In this document: in pieces, positions 28,701-40,513 of the stretch
Layout: every line of letters starts with the position of its first letter
How positions within the stretch are numbered: the first letter of the stretch is position 1
Assembly: GCA_003344405.1 (NCBI GenBank)
Contig: NOWV01000011.1
Location: 248,001 to 312,000, forward strand
Direction of reading: 5' to 3'
From: Trichoplax sp. H2
Lineage: Eukaryota
Length of the DNA stretch: 64,000 bases
The notes under the pieces: generated by a model
Told to the model about the DNA's origin: nothing
The model's database searches: none
Seen by the model: only the letters and a program-made list of their open reading frames with translations
Made by a program: the position numbers and the translations under genes

Positions 28701-31700
28701 AAGATGAAGGATGTTTTTGGGTCGATTTATTCCTTAGTAATTGAATAATATCAACTTACAAACAATTCGGAAAATACTACTAACGCATCCCTCAATGCTG
28801 CTTTGCATGGATGTCCATCCTATAATTAACAAGATATCAAACGTTTCAACAGTGGTTTTAACATGAATTAAAATAAAAGTATTTCTCTAAGATTGCAGCA
28901 GCAATCAAAAGCAATATTAAATAAATAAATACCCTAATGTTTTCTAAGAGTCCTCCCAGTGCTTTTAGATACGCCTCAAAATGCTTCAAAGGCTATGATA
29001 AGAAAAGAACTTTTAATTATAAACGTGTCATAATACGTATTTTAACACGAACAAATCATGCTGTTGGTAATTAGTGATATTGCTGAATAATACCATTTCT
29101 ATGCAGGTAGCAAAGGTTATGCCTTGATGCGTTGGTAATCGCTTATTTTCTATAAAAGCATCTAACTTAATCCTTAATAAGAGTACAGCCCATTATTAAT
29201 ATAAGATCTATTAAGTAAAGTGACATGTAATGTAACAGTTTAAATGATCTGTTGGTGCTACCAACACACCTATTCCGTCGTACTAATACCGAAGCGACCG
29301 CGAAGTTGATAAAGTAAAATCGGTAAAAAGCTTCGAACTGCAAATGTTGATAATAACATAGATTAAAAATATTCGTTAATACAAAGATATGCCAATATGA
29401 TGTACTGTATAATAACTAGATTGAAAAGTAATCGAAATAATCACCTGACGCAAATAATTGAGAAAGCAGCTACCAATAGATTGCTCGTTATTGCTGCGCC
29501 TATTGCATATAGATTAAAAGAATATTGATTTTATTGCATTTATTATTGAGTTTAAATTTTATTTGAAAAACTACGCTATAATATAATTTTAATTAACTTT
29601 GGTATATAACCCAAGTCTACATTTAAAATTTAGGTCGTGATTGTTGTATTACTGGCTTGAACAATAATACTACCGTAGTAAGAATTTCATTAGAAGACGA
29701 GTTATCGCTATCAATATATAATACTACAGCTCAAACTTCTATCTCGGTGTATATTACCGTAGTAAAATTTTATATGAATACATAACATTTTGCCACTTGA
29801 ATTAATGAAACTCACGCTGTTTCATCCTTCAATCTTTTCAAAAATCCCTCATGTATTTTAATTAATGATTCAAATTTACCGCAAACGGTTTCAGAATCAC
29901 CAACCGGTAGCCTACAGTAGTTAGTACATCGACACCAATTAATTTAGAATAACCATTTGTATTTATTATAGATATATACGATATTATTGATACGTTAACT
30001 TACACTTCTTCTTTTTTAAAAGGTATAAAATAATACTGGTAAATGTCCTGTTGAAAAAACGTACAATAAATACATATATATATATATATATATATAATAA
30101 TACAATAAAGGTTTACAAAATTACATAGCAAATTAACCTTAACTAATCACTAACGGCGTCATCACTGGATTACGACGCTCTAATACTTAATGTCAAAAAA
30201 TTACCCGTAATTTTTCAATAAATTCCTCTTCTTGTTTTACGATATCTCGGACAACAATACCATAATATTGGCCAGAAGTATTTTGTCTGGGCAATGTAGA
30301 CGATCTGACGTTACTCACTTGATTGAAATCAGAAAAGGAAATTATCTATGGTGAGCTATGATTAAATGGATGCTTGATCTATTAATTATGGAGCCAAATC
30401 CAATAAAACTGATATTACCAGAATAACTACTTGATATCTATTGTATTGTTCTATACAAGCGTAAAAATATGCATTTTAACAATTTTCTCTACTCATAAGT
30501 AAATTTAGATACGAAAATCAGTGTACTAGTAACAAAGGTACAATGCTGTCAATTTACGTAAGACAGATGTCATCTTTTAATTGTTTCAACATAAACTCTT
30601 TCCAAACGTAGTAAAGACGTATATTAATAAAACTGGAAAAAGCCATAATTCAACATTTACTGTGCTGATTGAGAAATACGTTAGCAAAAAAAGATTAAAC
30701 TTAAACAGTTTACGATTTTAAATCTAGTACATTTTATTTACCAAATAGCAATTAGCATTACCTTTAACCTCAGTAACATGATTAGCTGGAAACCATCCAT
30801 AGCCATCCTTATCACGTAATTTACCCTTCCACCAATCTCTATCAGGTTGCTAGAAATATCAATATTGTTATATGAAAAGATGTAATTTTATTGTTTATCA
30901 AAATATAGAGCTACTAATTTCGACAGTAAGGTAATCACATTAATTATGCTACACACGTACACGGGTTCCCATTAATTCATAGTACCGTACAATAGGTAGT
31001 ATACATTAATTAAATTAAAATCTTTATAGTTATTAAAGGAATGTCGCAAAATTATCTTAATCAAAAAAGGCCATCAAATTAAACGAAAATTTCACGAGTC
31101 TGTTATATCAAATTAAGTAATAAATGTAATTTATGGATTTGAATTATTATTTTCTACGTTAACTAAATCACAGTCTTACCTCTATAATTTCAATATAATC
31201 TCCCTTCTTAAAGGATAACTAAAACATGAAAGAGAATTATCACATGTAACCTAATTAACCGTTTATATCATCTACCATCTGGTATCTTCTTCTATTCTAG
31301 TACTATGGTCAATGCATTGAATGTTTACAGCGAATAAAGAAGATATTTCAAAATTCAGATTATCGCAGCACAGAGTGGACTACACCTTTCTTTCTTAATT
31401 ATACGTGCATACATAGATGTAATATTACTAGCTTGCGAATCGGTGGGATCAAAAACCAAAATAGTTCATTACTAGGCAAAATTGCCTGTACTTATTATTA
31501 TCTTCAAGTTAAAAATTATTACTGTAATAACTATAATATGAAGGCTAAAGAAAGGCAAATGCAATCATTTCAATATCAGCCTGCCATTTCTTGTCATGTT
31601 GATATCAGCATCATCTTATTTAAGAAGCCAATCTTTGAATAGTATCAAACAAATCTTACATATCTTCGACTTTCTCTCTAATACAATACAGTGCTGTAGA

Positions 31701-31945
31701 ATCAATGCTACTGTAATCTACAGTATACTAGTATGACAAATGTAAGCATTTGTTGAATTATGTATGTTGTATCTACTCGTAGTGATCAACTTTAATATAA
31801 CATCTAAAAGGAAGCATGAAAAATTGTTGTACACCTTTTACGTTCTATGCGTTCGATTAGAACTTACATCACTATTGCTATCAGCACTGTAATCATGTTT
31901 CGCTTTAACCAAGCGGCGTTTTCCTTCTTTTTCAATTGATTTCAT
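22762..31945 (-). CDS. ARHGEF7: PIX/COOL-family Rho GEF (ARHGEF6/7-like) with architecture SH3-DH-PH-DH-PH-GIT-binding motif; more than 30 small exons
   Basis: Start exon 31945-31868 MKSIEKEGKRRLVKAKHDYSADSNSD, then LSFKKGDYIEIIE and QPDRDWWKGKLRDKDGYGWFPANHVTEV (SH3). DH1 begins GQYYGIVVRDIVKQEEEFIEKLR; PH1 has AKERYLLIFDKVIVLVSAGSGFQGY. DH2 begins GQYYKSLVMDLLSNEKVYVQELK; PH2 has ASDRYVLVFDTAVALVGVVEKLSGY. Then WNVKMLRP (cf. PIX WSLSCLRP) and a final exon EDSEVLRLIEMYTT (cf. beta-PIX GBD EDAQILKVIEAYCT), with TGA at 22764-22762. Confidence 0.88.
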
Positions 31946-33391
31946 GATCAGCTTGGTTAAGCAAGTGTTCTATGATAACCGCTTGTTATTGTTTGTTTTA
32001 ATTTCCTACTATCATCAATAAGAAGAGTCATTCTAATTAATAGAGGAAGCAGAATCAACATTTTAAATTGACGGAGAAGTACTGATGTTTATTTTTGTAT
32101 TTTTACGAGTAAATTATCTTAACGACTATTGTAGTCATTATGTTAAGATAATTTTGAAATAATTACAGTACATACTGTATTGTTATCATGATTAAAAATG
32201 GATGATTTTGATCAAAGGATAAAAATACGACGTACGTACTTTAGGTAAGCGTATACGTCTAATGTCTGAATCCTCTAGTAGGATATCTTGACAATCTAGA
32301 TACATTTGAAATTGGTATGGAATATAGAATAACACGTTTATTGATTGACAGTAACATTCAATGGGATGTGATTGAACTTTAGGCATTAGCATGCACAAAA
32401 TATAATTACTAAGCAGATAATTTAAATTCAACAGTTCTAGAATTGAATACTAATCCGATATTCATTATCAATCAAATCATATGCTAATTTAATCTCGTCA
32501 AAGTGGAATTACTTTGCAACATATCGAATTTGTCGATGCGAAGAGCTCGTTGGATCTGTAGCAAACTACTGTATGCATATCTCGCTAAGCGTCTTTCAAT
32601 CGACCGATCCGATGCGTCCATTGAAAGACTGTTTTTTTTATCACTGATAATGAAATGATCGATACTGTACTGTAGTAGCTGAATTGAACGTCTATCTCAA
32701 TCTTACCCTTCTTTCCGTATAACCGCCCAATTTCAATATTATGTTAACGGTAAGGATGAAGGAATAGTTTACGTCTTGGACTGGGTTGTCTAATGGAGGA
32801 GAGAAATTTGGCAACTTTTTAAAGCCGGTGAAATTTATTTCCCTGCTGGAACATTCATCCAATGCAGTCCACTAGTACACCACTGTACTGTCATATCATA
32901 ACAGTGGACTCAGCCATTGCAGCTCACCTGCAAAACATGACACGATAACGGTAAAATCATCTTCTACAGCCAAACACTATTGTCAACAGTGCGGTACAGT
33001 ACAGTACATTCACCTATGCAGCCGCATCATATTCAGTATTGTACTGTACACTGTACTGTACAGTACAGTATGATGGTATTCAGTTACAGTACTTTGCACT
33101 GGTTCCTGGTACGGTAAATGCCATTCGCTTGTGTTGTACTCTGTACCATGGACTCGTGACACAAACACTGACAGACAGCCTGAATGCTATTTTTAGTACA
33201 GTAATGCCGTTACTGCAGTCACACCAGACGCCGTCAATGGCCCGTCATTCTCTAGGCTGAAACGGACGTACCGAACTTTAAACTCACCCGTGTGTGAAAA
33301 GCTTTGTCGTGGCAGTAATCGTGTCAGCCCACTCAAGCCACGGGTCCACAAGCTGCCGAAAAAGAGAGATAACCCATTTGCCAAGTTCAAC

Positions 33392-36300
33392 ATGGCTTCT
33401 CAACAGAAGAAACTGGACGAAAATAACTTGAAAATTTTACGAAGCCTCGTTTCACAAGAGCATAATAAACGTTGCTTTGAATGTAGACAGCGAGGCCCAA
33501 CTTATGTTGATGTAACTGTGTACTCGTTTGTCTGTACGATGTGCAGCGGTTTACTGTGAGTATCGTTTTTGTTTCATGTAATTCGATGCATTCTTTGTAC
33601 TTGACTCTGTAGAGAGGAGACCACATTCACTCTTCTTCATTGTAGCCTAGCTGTCTTTGACATTTTCACTGAATTTTCTATTTGCTAACCAGTCAATGCA
33701 TCATCTGCTTGAATGTACAAAACTCATCATTTGCAACTTTGCCTTTTTATTCGTAGACAAGCAATATTCCTTTTATCATAATGTGGTGATAGCTGTAGTT
33801 GGAGTTGTTCGTTCTTTTTGAGATTTATGTCTACTCTATCCTGTTATTGCACTTTGATGAAATTAAACTTGTAAATCATGACGCTCACCTATGCTGGACC
33901 CTAGCGCCATTGATTGATTCTACCCTTTTAACATTTATTCCTCACAATAAGTACATTGGGGGCAATCGTGTAGTGCCACTTATTTTGAACGAGTGTTTTA
34001 TTAATTCAATACCGCACAGCAAACCTTCTCTAAAGTACAATACACTACTGAGCAGTAAAAATTAAAGTTATATTATATCGTAGTTAACCTATCAATGGCA
34101 ATATTTCGTAGCATCATCCATTATTTCAACGCTGTCTACTGCGTATGGTGAGCCTTTGCTATTTAAATTCGTAAAATAGAATACTTTGTATAAAGTAGTA
34201 ATCTTCATCAAAGTCATAGGGAGGATACCAAGAATTAGCTTATTTAAATTGTACTAGACTACGCTATCTCGTCCATACATTCACTATTTTTCCATAATAA
34301 TGATATACAGTCAAAGATACACTATATCGAAACTTTCTTACTACAGCATTACTAAGTCAATTTTATCGTGTGCTTTATTACGTTCAGTAAGACGTAATTC
34401 TTGCTCCCAAAATTGGAATATATCTCGATGAACTTTGATTCGGTCTGAATGTACAGTACAGTACCTCATTAAGTTAAACGGAGAAATCCCAAGTTATCTT
34501 GAACCGTTATTATGACAACTTGCACTAGTAGAATTAAAATGAACTAGCCTTCTGAAGTCGTAGACTTAGTAAGTGAATTAAAGCATTGAAATTAGGAATA
34601 CCACCTAGAATTCCTTTCTCGTTGAAGGAATTCGAGTAAACACTAGCCCTTCCTGTTTAACTCTTCAGCGGACTTTCAATGACGTCAAAATGGTTGAATA
34701 TACAGACTGTATACAGTACAATTTTACAGTCCATACTATGAACATTATTAGTGAATCACGCTTTCATTTTGTCAAGCTGGTCTGTGACCCATTCATGATG
34801 GTGTGAGAAAAGAAAACTCGGCTAAAATGCCCTGCGTCCTATTTTTATAGATGCTCGATCATAAATTCATCATACTTTCGTTCTTTCGTGAATATAAAGT
34901 AAAGTTTAAATGAACTAAGGAATGGAATGCGAAATAGGCCCGAGCAAAGTAATGTGTCATACTCTACAGTACAGTATGCAATTATCTCACCTTGCCGAAA
35001 GTTCAGGAGTCCAGTGCAATATGTACAGTATGTACTGGACAGTACAAAACTAGAGAGTAATGCTATACTAATATTGACAAGTCGTGTGAAGGTTAAAATT
35101 AAAATAAAAACAAAACTACACTACAACTGTAACTTCAGTTCATAGCACAATATACAATATTGTAGTATCCGTCTTCCTATAGCCATAGTACAGTACTGTA
35201 CTGTACAGCGCTTCCATGTGATGTAATTCAACGTACTGTACCATACCGTGCTGTGCCGTACCATACCGTACCATATCATCCTTATGGTGCTTTCCGCCAA
35301 ACCCTTCATATTGCCAGTAGAGTTGCTAAAGCAACTTCTCCAGAATGATTTATCGTTTGATTTCTTCTATTTGACACTATTAAGTTATCGAGTACATCCA
35401 GCGGATTATTTTGCATTTTAAGTTATGCATACCTTAAATAACCATCATATTCTCATAACGAGCAAATGCAAATTTAAAATGCTACGCTCGATTCAGCAGT
35501 TACTAAGATCTCAAGACCTTCCTATTGGAAGACATGATTCCCATGATGATAATATAGAATTATGGAGTAATAGAAGTAAATTTACCAAGAAAGTACTAGT
35601 ATTACAGCTATACAACGCAGTAATAACTATCTGTATTTCTTGCATATATACGATTAGGATTAATCGTTTTAAGTAGATACATTCTTACATCAATAAATGT
35701 GCTTTACTCCTAAAGTTATTGACTAAGCAATCAATCACTCATACTATTATAATTATACTGCAACATACGTATTGTACTGATTGCTTTCTATCGTGCAATA
35801 CTCCGAATTACTATAAACCGTAGCAAGATAACGCAGTATACTGTACTTGACCATGTATTTCAATGCGTGAAGATGGATAGCATTGTAAATCTATATAAAA
35901 CTAACTTAATGAATACATCTTTATATTTCTTAAAAATGATTCTATCTGTAGCCGTGGCCTTAACCCACCTCATCGCGTTAAGTCGATGTCAATGACTAGT
36001 TTTTCCGCTGCTGAAATGGACAACATTAAGTCTTACAAAGGGGGCAATTTGGTAAATTATTTTGTTCGCAGCTTTAGATTTGTAACTTGTATTCTTAATT
36101 GAACAGTCTCCAGTACCACTATACACTTGTAAATAAACTTTACGCCTTTGATTGTAATTAATTCTTACAGTAGCAACTTAAAAAACATTGTTTTCAGAGT
36201 TTTCCTATTCGTTACGTTTCAAGTAATACTACAAAATATCAATATTCTGTAATATAGTACCATAATCGATACTACACGTACTGTACTTGACGTACATACA

Positions 36301-39300
36301 TGCTATTACATCAGATTTATATGCTAATAATAAATTTAATGATTGCCCGCTGTATGTATATTCTTACTGTACAAAATGTATTTTAGATTTGAGTTACTAT
36401 TTATGGTTGGATAATGATTTAATCTATAGCAATCACTTTACGAACGTTCATACAAACGTCCTGTAGTGAAACATATTTAGATCAAGCTTTCCAAAGCATA
36501 CTGTACTTTACTTTTATCATGCAAGTATATAAGTTAACGTAGTATCAGTTTTTGGATGTCCTATTAACAATTACTATCGATAGATCACAAATGCACAATA
36601 TCTCTTCGTGTATTCTTCGCGTATAACTCTGCAATGCTTTGGGTAAAATTAGGCCTGCCAGCGAGTTTGGCTGGGTAAACATGAAATTAAAACTGATGGG
36701 CCATTACCAGATGCTAAAGACGAGCAAAAACTCAAAAAATTTTTGGTTTACAAATACGAAAAGAAGACATGGTACCTTGACCCTGCTATTGCTTTGAAAG
36801 ACTTACAAAATCAAGCCGATAGTGAAGTCAAGCCCTTATCTCAATTAGTTGGTGCTAAAACTACGCCTCTTGTAGTTGCCAATAATATCAATCAGGTAGG
36901 ACTGCATGACTTGCAGTGATAAGTGGCGCTCAATTGGCAACACAAAGTAACTTGATTACAATAAGAAGTACGGTTAAAATACCTATTGTTAAATTATTTC
37001 CCTTAACTCATTTTATATACGCGGGACTAAAATAAAACTCGAATGTACAGTCAAGCCCAAAGATTGAAACTAAAGCTCTTGCTCGACCGACTGGAACAAC
37101 TTCCCCCACTTCTTCCAATTTAGTCGGCACTCAACAACAGAATAGTCAGCCAACTGCTGACCCGTTTGGAAATTTTTCAAGTGATCCTTTCGGTTCTAAC
37201 TCCAATTGTGAGTATAGATTTATTATCATAACCATATAGTAATCTTAAATTAACTAATATGATCAGTTACCTTGTTTTGATATACCGGTATGCGACTAGA
37301 CTTGATGTAACAGTAAGAGAATTTCGATAAGTTAAGACTGTTTTTCTCTTATAGCCAATGACAACTTTGGCGCGTTCACGCAGTCAGCACCTGGTAAGTA
37401 ACGATAATAGTCATTTCTAAGTTCCCGTAATGGAACATAAAATATCTGTTTTGTCATAATTACGCTGTGCGTACTATTTTAATCACAACTTTCACAACAA
37501 AGTAATTTCGACAATGGTACTTTTTTTGATAGGTTCACAACAAGCCGGAAACGGTAATATAGTTATAAAGAGTATTGCTTTACCTATAATGCTCTATGTT
37601 GATTAACTTAATGATGATAAATTTACTGCTAAATTCGTACGCTCAATTAATTCTATAAATTTTAAAACTCTCCTACCGAGCTTAATCTCCTAACAATTTT
37701 TAAACAACTTTTGACTTAGCAGTCAGTAACGATTTTGCTAATTTTGGTAGCCAACAACCAACACAATCAGGTACAATTTTAGGATTAGGCTATTATCAGC
37801 TAGAACTGTGATGACCGAATATGTTATCAGTCTCAACCGCTATAAACTAAATAAACCCCCAGCTATATTTATCGAATCATACTATCATATATCATTAGCA
37901 AGCCACTTATTGTAGATGTTTGATAATGTGCTGACATTCTATACTAATTCACAACTAATGTAATCTTCTAAATTAAATAATCAGCTTACGTAAAAAATAT
38001 CAGTTAGAGATAACTAAGTAAAAAGCTGACTTACATATACCGATGATACAGTACATAATTCGGTAATACTTTAGTGATAGTGTAAATAACTTCAGCTATT
38101 TCTGTTGAGTATAAATTAGTTTGTCAGTGTAACTGCCCGAGGGACTGCTATTACGTATATTTCGGTCAGTATTTAAGTCTTATTGGATTATTAATGTTAT
38201 ATATCAATATTAATGATGAATTTATGTCTGCAATAAGTGGATATGATTAGCTACAGTTACAATTTAATCAATGATACTGCTTTACTAACAATCTAAGTTA
38301 CGAGAAACATCATCATAAAATTGTTTATTTGTTATATTGCAGGTGGGGGATTTGCTAATTTTGATAGTCAGCCTGCTGCTCAACCAGGTATAGACTTTGT
38401 GGTACTGTATACCTAAAAAGAACGGTTGTAACTTTATCCTATATACTGTATACTAAAACATCATCATAAAATTTTTTATTTGTTATATTGCAGGTGGCGG
38501 ATTTGCTAATTTTGATAGCCAGCCTGCTGCTCAACCAGGTATAGACTTTTTGGTACTGTATAGCTAAAAAGAACGATTGTAACTTTATCCGATATACTGT
38601 ATACTAACGATACAGGAATCTAATTAAGCCTTTTACCTATTTTTTAGCTAATAACGACTTCACTAACTTTGTGAGTCACACTTCAACTCAACCAGGTAAA
38701 AGTCATCATTGTACCGTATATTTGTTATTTCTAGAATAGTACAATATCGTAGACAGTTGCGCTATTCAAACTTGCTTAATTGAATTTTAAGCACATGTAT
38801 ATAAATCGTTGCCTTATTTAGTAAACAATCAGTTCGCATCATTTGGCAGTCAACCACAAAACAACGATTCCACTTCGTCAACGTCAGGTAAATTAGTTAG
38901 GTAGCTATCTCTTTTGTAAGACGTAGAGTTAATTCTTATGGCATTTGCATAATAGGTGGAAAATCAGCTTACGATATTTTCAGACAAGGCGGATCAACAG
39001 ATACAGTGTCTGGTTAGTAATAAAATTCAAGATTTTTGGTAATGAATCTCCTTCTGAAGAACACTTAAAATTTATTATCTTAAAATTTTTAACGTAGTTA
39101 TTATTTGTCTTACTTTAATTCAATGTAAAAATCTCACTTAGAAACTAATTCTGGGACTGCAACACCTGTTCTGCAAAGTAAGCGATAGGATGTGTAAATT
39201 TTATGAAATGTCAACAAAATTTAAAATATTTTAAATCGTGGGATCGTTTACATAGGCAATACTAATGCTCCCGCTTCTCAACCTACGCCGAGTAATACAA

Positions 39301-40513
39301 CAACGACTACAAATGATGATAGATATGCAGCTATTTCTGGTCTAGACAGCCTTAGGATCACTGATACTGTTACTAGTAAAGAAACTGGCTTTTCTCTCTC
39401 ATCGTCTAACCCCAATCCTTTCGGCAGTAATATTTCTACCGATACAGGTTCTTTCCAAGGCTCGCAATGGCAACAACAGCCCCAAACTTCAGTATTTGGT
39501 ACTTCTTCGACGAATATCAATCCAATGTCTTCAATGACCAGTTCTCAAGGATTTAGTAATACTCCTACAACTTCAGTTTTTTCGAACATGGATCCGGGAC
39601 AAATGCAGCAATCCTCCTTTGGTGGTGGGCAATATCCTTCTACTCAGTCATTTGCAAGTATGATTTATTTTCCTAAACGAAATAAATATTAGTAAAGGGT
39701 CCGTAATACTGTTGTAATTGTTATTGTTATGACACTTTCTAGAGACAACTCAACAATCGTCGTCATTTGGACAAAATATCCCATCTCAGAATGCTTTTGG
39801 ACCTCAGTTTAACAATAACCAGATGGCTGGTTTTGGGGGTCAATCTCAGTCAAATTTTGGTAATCAGCAGTTTTCAGCAAGTCAGCAAGGCGGTGGATCT
39901 CAACAACAGCCAACATCGTGGGGACAAACACCATCAACTCAACAGTGGGGACAAACATCATCAACTCAACAGTGGGGACAAACACAATCAACTCAACAAT
40001 GGGGACAAACACCATCAACTCAACAATGGGGACAAACTCAGCCTGCTAACAATAATTGGGGTCAGTCGCAACAACAACAACAACAACCATCTAATAATTG
40101 GGGGCAACAGCAATCCGGTAACTGGGGCCAACAACAACAGCCATCAAATAATTGGCAACAGCAAAGTGCTGGCATGAACAGGAATCCTGCTCAGGGTCAG
40201 CAAACCGGTATGAATAACTTTGCAGCTGTAGGTATGACTGCTATGGCTGCAAATCAATTTGGAAAAACTAACAGTGCGTCCGCAGGCTTTCAACAACAGG
40301 CTAAAACGAATCCATTTATGGTTTGTATAATCGCAGATAACAGTAAAATTTTTTAACAGTTCGTAGTTGTAAACTTTATTACCTAATGAAACTAAAACTA
40401 AAATATTTTACGTAGCATTCATATATTTAATTTTAAATGTTTTTATATCATCAATGATCTATTAGGGTGGTGGAGGTAGTGGTTTTGGAGGTAATAATCC
40501 GTTTATGCAGTGA
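33392..40513 (+). CDS. AGFG1: ArfGAP with FG repeats (AGFG1/2, Hrb/drongo family); multi-exon
   Basis: Exon 1 MASQQKKLDENNLKILRSLVSQEHNKRCFECRQRGPTYVDVTVYSFVCTMCSGLL contains the CxxC-x16-CxxC zinc finger. Exon 2 (35952-36051) LRGLNPPHRVKSMSMTSF; exon 3 ACQRVWLG...YKYEKKTWY. A low-complexity region follows with DPF, FxxF and three NPF motifs, and the protein ends GFGGNNPFMQ*. Confidence 0.93.
38306..38606 (+). repeat. 151-bp direct tandem duplication containing a 45-nt coding exon with its splice sites
   Basis: Exons 38343-38387 and 38494-38538 both encode GGFANFDSQPAAQP. The flanking intron sequences (catcatcataaaatt...tgttatattgcag and gtatagacttt...gtaactttatcc) are nearly identical. Confidence 0.95.
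39912..40040 (+). repeat. Coding 27-bp tandem repeat (about five units of STQQWGQTx) in the AGFG gene
   Basis: Units of tcaactcaaca(g/a)tggggacaaac(a/t)nnn; translation TSWGQTPSTQQWGQTSSTQQWGQTQSTQQWGQTPSTQQWGQTQP. Confidence 0.92.
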
